Positions 46,194-54,588 of a stretch of 54,588 nucleotides of DNA are shown in pieces (position 1 is the first letter of the stretch; each line of letters begins with the position of its first letter). Under the pieces are notes generated by a model that saw only the letters and a list, made by a program, of their open reading frames with translations, made no database searches and was not told the origin of the DNA. The stretch spans positions 1 through 54,588 of the forward strand of contig JASFOJ010000014.1 of assembly GCA_050116575.1 (NCBI GenBank), written 5' to 3'. The position numbers and the translations under genes are program-made. The stretch comes from Gammaproteobacteria bacterium. Lineage in GTDB: Bacteria > Pseudomonadota > Gammaproteobacteria > SZUA-152.

Positions 46194-46606
46194 CACAGCT
46201 CTCCCCAACGTCCTGGTTCTTGGTAGAATTCTTCACTGACATTAAGGTAAAACACGAAAACTTACAGATTACTGACGACCTCAACATCACATCCACTTTC
46301 GATAATTTCCACTGATAATCAGTCAATCCGCTGGTCGGTTTCCTCCTCGCTGAAGAGCATTTTCAGGATTTCCCACAACTCGTCCTTGTCTTGAAATGCC
46401 AGACGCTCATCATGCGTAACCGGCTCGACGACGCCGATAAGCCGGGGGTTTTCTTCGTCGCCGCCGTGGTATATCCGAATGATCGTGCTAATCAACGGTC
46501 CGCCTCCTTTTTGTAGCGTCCAATATCAAATTAGCAACACCAGACTTACAGCTGACTCACAGATTCAGATTTACGTGATTTAGCTTAGCAAGAGAAAAAA
46601 TGTGCG

Positions 46607-49600
46607 CTAGCGGGTGGTGGAGTATTGGTAGTTTTTAGCGTGGCAAATAGTACAGGTCCCTTCGAGCTGCGCCTTATCACCTTGTTTAATCGCCGCGTAC
46701 AGGCGTTCAGTTTCCGGGGAGGGATTAATATTCAACACGGTCTGCATCATGTTCTTACACTTGCCGTATACGGCAATCGCTTCAGCATAACATTGCCGGG
46801 CAGCATAACAACCCATCAGGCCGCGATAGTATTCTTCGGCAAGATCATCAATTTCAATCATTTTTTGGTACACCTCGATTGCCTGCTCACACTTGCCGTT
46901 ATGTCCCAAGGCGTACACCAGGCGTTTGCTGATGCGCAACCAGCGCAGCTTAAGGCGTTCACGCAGACCCAACATCCACGCTGTTGTACTTTCATTTTGC
47001 AAAAAATCGCCTTGATAAAGATTACGCAGGCGTTGGAACCCCTGGTGCAGCTGTGCAGCATCAGGGATAGGGGTGGAAAGTTCCTGTTCGAGCGAGGATA
47101 ATTGGCGTTCGAAGGCCCAAACGTCGATCCACACATTCCGGGGATTTAACGTTAATTGTCCTTCCTGCAACAGCAGCGCCTCTTGCCCCAGTAATTTGCG
47201 TAATCGATACAAATTCGTATCAAAGCTCTTATTAGCCATATCGCCGTCGGCATCCGGCCAGACCGCTTCCATGAGTTTTTCCTTGCTAACTCCAAGACCG
47301 CCAAAGGCAATCAGCACCTTGAGCAGCTCGAGGGGTTTGTTTTGCGCCTTACGCGTAAAGCGCAAGGGCTGGTCGTCTTTCAATATACGGAAAGGACCCA
47401 GGGCGTATATCTCGATCGCCCAAGGCCAGTTAGCAAGGCAGGAGCCGCTAGATACCGGTTTAAGTTTGCGTTTAGTGATCAGGCCACGAACATATTCTAT
47501 TTCTATATCATGCTCCAACGCGACCCCGCACAATTCACTCATAATATCATCTTTCCAGCGTGGCAAATTAACATAGCCCTGCTCGGCACCGTTTGCCATG
47601 GAACGCCGTAAAAAAACCAATCCTTGATCCAGCTGGTCAGTTTTCAACAAAAACCAGGCCTGATAGAGGTCACACATAAACTCTATATGCTTCATCCCCA
47701 CACCAGCTTCACGGCCTCTCGCAAGACTCTCCATTGCGTCCTGTTGCCTGCCGTCGTCAAACAGCGATATTGACTGTTCCGCATAACATAATGCGATAGG
47801 CAACGCACTGCCGGTCTGGTTGGCAAACTTGATGGCGATGTCACCAGCCTGAATTGCGCTCTGGAGTTTATTTTCGTACCAGGCGGTTGAGGCATAAAGA
47901 TAGTGATACAGGGATTTATCCATCAACCGCGTCGATCCGTGATCCGACATTTTTTTCAATAACTGCCTGGCAACATGATGTTTACCCCCGGTCTGCCCAC
48001 TATAAATTCCTTGCGCATAGAGATAGGGATCCAAAATATGAACGCCGCTTTGCTTCGCCAATTCGATACCCGCGTTGACCGCTTTGAGACAGGCTTCATG
48101 CCGCGCGTTAAAAAAAGCATGCATGGCTTCCAAAACATACCAGTTAAGCTGAATAAGAGGATCGCTGTCCAGCCGCTCACGAACATCGCGCAAGGCATCT
48201 ATCATTATTGTTGCCGAGGCAAAGTTTCCTGACCACAGATAGTAAAACACCAATGGATTTCCCAATACCATGCATATTGGTTTGTCCGCATTGCTGAGAG
48301 CGATATATTTCACTCGCTCCGCCCATTTTGGCAAATCCTTATGTTGTGGTTGACGCCACAACAAGGCGCTAAATATCGCTGAAGAGACATGAGCTGCGAC
48401 TTCTTCATTGGGAAAATCGGTATTTGATGTATAAAGGCTAAAAAACAGCTCAATCCATGGATCAATTGTAGTGAAGTCATTCCAGGTAAATACATAAGTT
48501 TCAATCACCGCCGCCCAACTTAGATAGCAGCCGGTTCGATCCCCTAGCTCTGAAAACAATTCAAAGGCCTTGGCAAAATCATTTCTTGCTTCCAGCGGCT
48601 CGGTGGCAAAACGGCCGTAGCCAAGCCAGTAGAATAACCAGGGTTTACGGTAGTATATTTTTTCAGGAATACTTTCGAGCCATGACATCAGAGTTTGTGT
48701 TCGCCCCTGTGCCAGCATATCATTCGCATGGTGCAATACCAATTCCGAAAGGCTTTGCCAATCTTCCAGATCGACAAGCAGCCCGGCCGCGTTCTCTATT
48801 TGACCGTTCTCAATAAGAATTTGCGAGGCCTCACCTCGAACCCTTATCAGTTCCGCCGTTGTGTATTCCCGTTGCGACCGGTTTAGTAAAAACTCCCGAA
48901 ACAAGGGATGATACTCATAAATAGTCTCATCACCCCCATGCGGATAGATGAAATATTTTTTCCGTACTAGCTCAGCCAGCATGTTGTTCGCATCCCTTTC
49001 GTCGGAAAGCCGTACTGCCATAGCAGCCGTCATTTTTGGCAAAAATGCGGTGCGTAATAAAAATTTTTGCAGTTTTGCATCAGTAAAAGCAAAAACCTCA
49101 CCGGCAAAGTAATCGAATATCCGCTCCCTGCTGCAATGATGGATATCCTGCGGAGCTTCTCCCTGAATATCCTGTACGTACATTTGCTCAAGCAACAATA
49201 CCATACCGGCCACCCAGCCATCTGACTGCTCAAAGAGCGCTTTCACGTGTTCTTTTTTAATATTATTAAAACCTCTCGAAGCCACAAGTTCCTCACATTC
49301 CTGCAAGGTAAATCGCAGTTCCGGCCAGTCAAGTTGCCAAAATTCAGAATTCGCTCTGAGGCGGGTATAGCTTTCCGGGGGGTCGCTGCGGCTGAGCACC
49401 ACAAGATTGATCCCTTCCGGTAACTCCTCTATCGCCAGTGGAATGATCTGATGCAGTAACGCATCCGGCGCTACATCCTGATAATTATCGAGAACAATAA
49501 AACAGGGGTTACGTAATCGGGCATAGACCTTGCGAAAAAAATTCCGCGTAAAAACAGGCAGGCTTTCGCTGTATTCAAGGGTCAGTTTTGGTAACGGCTC

Positions 49601-49888
49601 TGCCTCGCTGTCGGTGACTAGCTGTACAGCCGAGCCTAAATAATGATAGAAAGCGGCAGGATCCGCGTCACCCCCATCCAGCTGATACCAAACATGGGGA
49701 AATGCTCTTGCCTCAAGATAGCTTGCCATCAAGACTGTTTTTCCCGAACCACCCGGCGCTGAAATCCATATTGATTTGTATTGCCTGATATCGTCCAGCA
49801 AGGTAAACAATCGCTCACGTTTCGACCACCCCTTATCTCGTGGTGCGGTAAGCTTTGCAATGAATGGATTTTTCTTTTTTTTCACCAT
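46607..49888 (-). CDS. Large AAA-ATPase / TPR / winged-helix (OmpR-type) / BTAD transcriptional regulator
   Basis: N-terminal P-loop ISAPGGSGKTVLM (MalT-like); the C-terminal wHTH (LGPFRILKDDQPLRF...KPLELLKVLIAFGG) is followed by a BTAD-like TPR segment. Confidence 0.75.
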   Translation of the reverse strand: MVKKKKNPFIAKLTAPRDKGWSKRERLFTLLDDIRQYKSIWISAPGGSGKTVLMASYLEARAFPHVWYQLDGGDADPAAFYHYLGSAVQLVTDSEAEPLPKLTLEYSESLPVFTRNFFRKVYARLRNPCFIVLDNYQDVAPDALLHQIIPLAIEELPEGINLVVLSRSDPPESYTRLRANSEFWQLDWPELRFTLQECEELVASRGFNNIKKEHVKALFEQSDGWVAGMVLLLEQMYVQDIQGEAPQDIHHCSRERIFDYFAGEVFAFTDAKLQKFLLRTAFLPKMTAAMAVRLSDERDANNMLAELVRKKYFIYPHGGDETIYEYHPLFREFLLNRSQREYTTAELIRVRGEASQILIENGQIENAAGLLVDLEDWQSLSELVLHHANDMLAQGRTQTLMSWLESIPEKIYYRKPWLFYWLGYGRFATEPLEARNDFAKAFELFSELGDRTGCYLSWAAVIETYVFTWNDFTTIDPWIELFFSLYTSNTDFPNEEVAAHVSSAIFSALLWRQPQHKDLPKWAERVKYIALSNADKPICMVLGNPLVFYYLWSGNFASATIMIDALRDVRERLDSDPLIQLNWYVLEAMHAFFNARHEACLKAVNAGIELAKQSGVHILDPYLYAQGIYSGQTGGKHHVARQLLKKMSDHGSTRLMDKSLYHYLYASTAWYENKLQSAIQAGDIAIKFANQTGSALPIALCYAEQSISLFDDGRQQDAMESLARGREAGVGMKHIEFMCDLYQAWFLLKTDQLDQGLVFLRRSMANGAEQGYVNLPRWKDDIMSELCGVALEHDIEIEYVRGLITKRKLKPVSSGSCLANWPWAIEIYALGPFRILKDDQPLRFTRKAQNKPLELLKVLIAFGGLGVSKEKLMEAVWPDADGDMANKSFDTNLYRLRKLLGQEALLLQEGQLTLNPRNVWIDVWAFERQLSSLEQELSTPIPDAAQLHQGFQRLRNLYQGDFLQNESTTAWMLGLRERLKLRWLRISKRLVYALGHNGKCEQAIEVYQKMIEIDDLAEEYYRGLMGCYAARQCYAEAIAVYGKCKNMMQTVLNINPSPETERLYAAIKQGDKAQLEGTCTICHAKNYQYSTTR

Positions 49889-50418
49889 GCCGGTAACCGC
49901 ATAGCCTCCATATACTGACTATAGAAAATATTTCTATAAAAAAATAGATGGTCACAGCCTCCTTTTCGAACGTCACTTCTTAATAAAAAACAGTACGTGC
50001 ATGGGCGCTGCCGATTTTTTGAGTCAGCCCACGCAAATAAGAGCCCCCAATGCAAGCGACGAGGCTTACGTTGGGAATTTAGTCCACAAGACATTATTGC
50101 AGCCTGATTGGAATGGGGATATACGTGAAAAACCGTATCGCGCACCCAAATAGACAGTGGCGAAAACACATCTGACACCGTTGTGGCATCGGAACCACTT
50201 ATATAATTGGAAATTTTTCAAACGGGATCTATTGAAATATCACTTTCAGTATGGGGCATACAGCAGTAGCGTTAACTTATATAGTTTAGTTTTATGCTTG
50301 GTTATGCAGGAAAGTCACTAATATTCCCACATGGGAGGACTTCCCAGCCTTCCCGCTTGTAGAGATAGAGTTACTACGGACTGACTCAGGCGGCAATTGC
50401 AAGCACAGTCTGCCGACT

Positions 50419-53400
50419 TTATTCCACAGCTCTACTGCCTTGGCCCAGGAACAAATAACTTGCACCGGAATTAGTGGTACCTCCCAGGTCGGCTCCATAC
50501 GCACCGATGAGGATATCACTGCGGCCGTCACCATTGATGTCGCCGCCACCGGACAACGATCGCCCGCTGTATTCGCCCGCCATCACGCCATTGAAGATAG
50601 CATCGGCATCGCTCAGGACCAGATGAACGGGCAGCGCAGGTCCGCCGTAAACCAGGTAACTGGTCCCGGCACTGGCATTGCCGCCCGGTGATGAGCCCGT
50701 GGCACCGATGAGAATGTCATCGTATCCGTCATTGTTAACATCGCCTGCGCGCGCCACAGCGCCACCACTTAAATCATTCGTTGCCACACCGCCAAGTATG
50801 ACATCGGCACCAGCCAGACTGATACTGGCGGATAACCCGGGCCCACCATAGACCAGGTAACTCGCACCGGCCTTGGTAGATGCACCAACGTCGGCCCATA
50901 TGGCGCCAATGATGATATCGTCGTAGCCGTCACCGTTGACGTCCCCCGCCCCAGCTACGGAATGGCCACTCCATTCGTTCACCGCCACCCCATTAAAAAT
51001 GACATCGGCGTCTGTCAGTGACAGGCTGGTGGGTAAATCAAGTCCACCATAGACCAGGTAACTTGCGCCGGAGCTACTGTTTCCCGTTGAATCCGCTTTA
51101 TAGGCGCCGATAAGGATGTCATCATAGCCATCACCGTTGACATCTCCCGCTCCGGCCACTGATACACCACTGTAATCACCCGCCGCTGCGCCGCTGAGCG
51201 TAACATTGGCGGTCGCAAGCTCGATAATGGCTGGCAGCGTTGACCCGCCATAAATGAGGTAACTCACACCGGCTTCGCTGTTACCACCCGGGTCAGCATA
51301 GTAGGCGCCAATCAGGATATCGTCATAACCATCACCATTGACATCTCCTGCGCCTGCCACCGAGATTCCGCTGACATCTCCAGTCGTCATACCGTTCAGA
51401 ACAACATCGGCGTCAACCAACGACAGATTTGCCGGCATGGTGGGTCCGCCAAAGACAAGATAGCTCGCCCCGGCTCCTGACTTGCCATTGGGACTGGCTC
51501 GATAGGCGCCGATAACGATGTCGTCGTAACCATCACCGTTCACATCCCCGGCTCCGGCTATTGAAGAGCCGCTCCTGTCACCGGCGGCCACTCCCTCGAA
51601 GGTAACGTCAGCTTCCATAGCCAGAGCCAGACTCGTATCCATGACGTGCCGGCCATAAATCAGGTAACTCTCTCCCGCAACAGCGTTACCACCGGGGTCG
51701 GCCGCAGGGGCACCCACAAGAATGTCATCAAACCCATCACCATTAACATCACCGACAATAGCCACCGAGAAGCCACTGGAATCGTCCACATTGGCACCCA
51801 TGAAGTGGGCATCGGCCGTAGCATTGGAACGGCTGCCTGCCAATTGACTAGGAAGCGATTCCACACCTCGGGGGCGTCCCATGACAAGATAGCTGGCGCC
51901 GGCATCAAGGTTGTTGCCGCGATCAACCCATGGAGCACCGATGAGCATGTCATCATAACCGTCACCGTTAACATCCCCCGCACCGGCCACTGCGCTACCG
52001 GCAATATCGACCATCGCCAACCCCCCGAGCGTAACATCGGCTTCGGCCAGCGACAGGCGAGCCGGCAGGGCAGAACTGCCATAGACCAGGTAGCTTGCAC
52101 CAGCGTCCGTATTTCCACCGTAGTCAACATGGACAGCACCTATAAGAAAGTCATCATAACCATCGGCGTTAACATCGCCGGCGCCTGCCACGGCGATGCC
52201 ACTCTTATCATCCTCCGCTACTCCACTGAACACGGCATCGGCGTCGGCCAGCGACAGGCTTTCAGCCAGCGCAGGCCCACCATAGACCAGGTAGCTCTCA
52301 CCCGCATTCATGTCACCACCCGGGTCAGCATATAAGGCGCCGATAAGAATATCATCATAGCCATCACCGTTGACATCGCCTGCACCTGCAACCGAGCCGC
52401 CGCTCAAAATACTCGGTGCCGCACCACCCAACGTAACATCGGCGCCGGCCAGATTCACAGCGGCTGGCAAAGCGGGGCCACCATAGACCAGGTAACTTAC
52501 CCCTGCGTCCGCATTACCGGCGACGTCAGCCCCAAGGGCACCGATAAGCAAATCATCATAACCGTCGCCGTTAACGTCCCCCGCCCCGGCCAGCGAATAT
52601 CCAGATTGATCGTCCGCCGCCACTCCGCTTAGGACGACATCGGCGCCGGCCAGCGACAGGCTGTCCGGCAGGGAAGCGCCGCCATAAATGAGGTAACTCT
52701 CACCGGCACGGGTATTGCCTCCAGGGGAGGCATAAAAGGCGCCGATAAGGATGTCATCAAAGCCATCGCCGTTGACATCTCCCGCGCCAGCCACCGATCG
52801 ACCGCTCCAATCAGCCAATGCTTTTCCCGTAAACGTGACGTCAGCGCTGGCCAATCCCACGCTGGCGGACAATGCCGGACCACCATAGATCAGGTAGCTC
52901 GCTCCGGATTCCATGTTGCCACCGGGATCCGCCCTATACGCGCCGATAAGAATGTCATCATAGCCGTCGCCGTTAACGTCCCCCGCACCGGCCACCGCGG
53001 AACCACTATAATCATCCGTCGACTCACCGGTAAAAATAACATCCGCCGCCAGCGCTAAATCCCCGCTAAGCACATTGCCTAAATCCATCCCTGGCCGGCC
53101 GTAAATCAGGTAACTCTTGCCGGCATCAATGTTGCCGCCTACGTCGGCATCAGCGGCGCCGATGAGAATGTCATCATAACCGTCGCCGTTGACGTCACCG
53201 GCAGAAGCCATCGATTGCCCGCTGCGGTCTTCCATGAACTGACCCACCAGGGCTTTGGCGTTCGCCAGAGAAAAATTACCGGGAAAAGGTTGGCGTTTCT
53301 TGTATAAGAGAACATCCTGCAACGTGGTGGTATTATTGCTAGTTACAGGCTGGTCTTCCAGGCGCACGGTAGTGTAACCATCCAGCGTAATAGTGATGTT

Positions 53401-54015
53401 GTGATGCCCGGCGGCGACATAGTCAAACCGATAGTGCCCAAAACCATCGGCGAAGGCGTAATGACGGGTTCCGGCAATGGATACAATGGCGCCTTCCGCC
53501 GGGGTGCCTGATTCCCGGTCGACGCGGCCTTCCAATGCGCCGGTGGCACCCAAGTCGTCCCACCAATTAGAGCCGTCGGCTCCCGGCGCGCCGTTACAGA
53601 TATAATCGGTTGCACTGATCTCGACTTCGTCCAGTTCGCCGCTCGCATTGGCATCCAGCCCCGAATCGATACGTATGCCTCCATAGATACAATTCGGGCC
53701 AGCACGTTCATTACCCAGCGTCACCAGGGCAGCAAGGCCATTCGCACCGGCAAGACCATTACATACTTTTTCACTCTTATCGACTTCGGCTGTGTCAAGA
53801 AGGCCATTACCGTTTTCATCAATGCCGGTCTCCACCAGCACACCACCGCTCGGGCAATCCACATCACCGGGGTCAATTGCGGCGGTACGCGCGGCAACAG
53901 AGTGATTGGCGCCTCCACCACCCCCACCGCCGCCGCTACTGCTGCCCCCGCCGAAACAACCAGTGAGTGTCAGCATAAGCAACAACATACCTATAACGTG
54001 TATTAAGCGTCGCAT
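50419..54015 (-). CDS. 1198-aa FG-GAP/integrin-alpha-like beta-propeller repeat lipoprotein
   Basis: Lipobox LTGC; more than 15 repeats of AGDVNGDGYDDILIGA with intervening ASYLIYGG segments, typical of FG-GAP repeats. Confidence 0.8.
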   Translation of the reverse strand: MRRLIHVIGMLLLMLTLTGCFGGGSSSGGGGGGGGANHSVAARTAAIDPGDVDCPSGGVLVETGIDENGNGLLDTAEVDKSEKVCNGLAGANGLAALVTLGNERAGPNCIYGGIRIDSGLDANASGELDEVEISATDYICNGAPGADGSNWWDDLGATGALEGRVDRESGTPAEGAIVSIAGTRHYAFADGFGHYRFDYVAAGHHNITITLDGYTTVRLEDQPVTSNNTTTLQDVLLYKKRQPFPGNFSLANAKALVGQFMEDRSGQSMASAGDVNGDGYDDILIGAADADVGGNIDAGKSYLIYGRPGMDLGNVLSGDLALAADVIFTGESTDDYSGSAVAGAGDVNGDGYDDILIGAYRADPGGNMESGASYLIYGGPALSASVGLASADVTFTGKALADWSGRSVAGAGDVNGDGFDDILIGAFYASPGGNTRAGESYLIYGGASLPDSLSLAGADVVLSGVAADDQSGYSLAGAGDVNGDGYDDLLIGALGADVAGNADAGVSYLVYGGPALPAAVNLAGADVTLGGAAPSILSGGSVAGAGDVNGDGYDDILIGALYADPGGDMNAGESYLVYGGPALAESLSLADADAVFSGVAEDDKSGIAVAGAGDVNADGYDDFLIGAVHVDYGGNTDAGASYLVYGSSALPARLSLAEADVTLGGLAMVDIAGSAVAGAGDVNGDGYDDMLIGAPWVDRGNNLDAGASYLVMGRPRGVESLPSQLAGSRSNATADAHFMGANVDDSSGFSVAIVGDVNGDGFDDILVGAPAADPGGNAVAGESYLIYGRHVMDTSLALAMEADVTFEGVAAGDRSGSSIAGAGDVNGDGYDDIVIGAYRASPNGKSGAGASYLVFGGPTMPANLSLVDADVVLNGMTTGDVSGISVAGAGDVNGDGYDDILIGAYYADPGGNSEAGVSYLIYGGSTLPAIIELATANVTLSGAAAGDYSGVSVAGAGDVNGDGYDDILIGAYKADSTGNSSSGASYLVYGGLDLPTSLSLTDADVIFNGVAVNEWSGHSVAGAGDVNGDGYDDIIIGAIWADVGASTKAGASYLVYGGPGLSASISLAGADVILGGVATNDLSGGAVARAGDVNNDGYDDILIGATGSSPGGNASAGTSYLVYGGPALPVHLVLSDADAIFNGVMAGEYSGRSLSGGGDINGDGRSDILIGAYGADLGGTTNSGASYLFLGQGSRAVE

Positions 54016-54183
54016 TTTACCCTCCCCTGGGTGGCACTTTACCCGTCAATGCTGGAATTTGATCACACCTTAACGTTGCGCCACTTACAGATGGCTGACA
54101 AAATGATGTATCCAACCACCGGTAAAAATTACCTGTTTCTTGCTGTGCAAAGATATAACGAATTGATCAAAATGTAATAGACA

Positions 54184-54558
54184 TCAATCACAAAGCCTCA
54201 TTTCAAAATCAATAGTATTTGCGATTACACCAAATTTTCGAACATTGACATTTACAATCCCGTAATTTGACGACCAACTGCGTACATGTAATCGGAGCCA
54301 GTAGGAAACGACGTCACCTTGCTCCAAGTCAAGGTAGGCTTCATCAGGAAGTGTTACATTTCTCCAAAAACTATAATGCCGGTTGTTGTCAGTAGTGCCA
54401 GCGCTGATAAGATTTCTGGTGCTATAACTAACAGATGCGCTGTTTACCAATATAAATGTCTCTATCATTATCCAGACGCTTGAGTCGCTACTCCCCCAGT
54501 TGTGCCAATAATCACCAGTTACCAGCACATCTGCTTCAACACGACAGAGATTTGGCAT
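54184..54558 (-). CDS. Hypothetical protein
   Basis: 124-aa ORF near the window end; no domain recognised. Confidence 0.3.
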   Translation of the reverse strand: MPNLCRVEADVLVTGDYWHNWGSSDSSVWIMIETFILVNSASVSYSTRNLISAGTTDNNRHYSFWRNVTLPDEAYLDLEQGDVVSYWLRLHVRSWSSNYGIVNVNVRKFGVIANTIDFEMRLCD

Positions 54559-54588
54559 AGAAAGCCTGTGATAACCATTGTTTTGAGC

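Overview
This window looks like a gammaproteobacterial chromosomal segment with ordinary housekeeping and stress loci flanking three unusual regions.

**Ordinary loci.** At the start of the window, a C-terminally truncated uspA-family gene, feoCBA, gpmI, a PIF1/RecD-like helicase with a C-terminal HRDC domain, and a J-domain (HPD) protein; then a membrane-stress block (zinc-ribbon protein–M48 peptidase–LemA, flotillin–YqiJ–PspA, MscS); then an RNA-repair and ribosome-rescue cluster (rtcA–rtcB–arfB plus an unknown 479-aa gene); and, at the end of the window, lipoproteins, a large AAA–TPR–wHTH–BTAD regulator and a 1198-aa FG-GAP repeat protein.

**Unusual region 1 (about 33.9–38.8 kb).** Roughly 30 tRNA or tRNA-like genes sit on the minus strand with an HNH endonuclease embedded among them. 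Many are non-canonical by eye:
- At least four elongated tRNA-like genes (anticodons Trp-CCA, Tyr-GUA, Ile-GAU, Gly-UCC) carry a conserved ~80-nt three-hairpin RNA module between the 5' T-stem and a T-loop-like GUCGAAUC. The hairpins show compensatory base changes between copies.
- Two paralogous tRNAs (Gly-GCC, Thr-UGU) have the same ~18-nt D-loop expansion.
- Two class II (long variable arm) tRNAs carry anticodons GUU and UAU, and one class I tRNA carries UAG.
- There are also mini-D-arm variants, a tRNA-Pro 3'-end relic and a fragment with a UUA (ochre-reading) anticodon arm.

**Unusual region 2 (19.3–21.9 kb).** An overlapping four-gene operon: a nucleotidyltransferase; a zinc-ribbon membrane protein whose C-terminal tail is a Cys-repeat peptide (…SSCSGCSSCSGCGSGGGCGGCGD) ending exactly where the next gene starts; a DUF692 MNIO (multinuclear non-heme iron oxidase; the family includes MbnB and TglH); and a small partner protein. 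This is a candidate undescribed RiPP-like or metal-binding system whose substrate may be the tail of a membrane protein.

**Unusual region 3 (40.6–40.74 kb).** A plus-strand tRNA-like gene interrupted by a ~46-nt insertion in the anticodon loop, sitting at the boundary of a block bracketed by dispersed ~120-bp repeats.

All coordinates are hand-derived and may be off by 1–3 nt. tRNA identities are read from anticodon arms by eye and have not been checked with tRNAscan-SE or Infernal.
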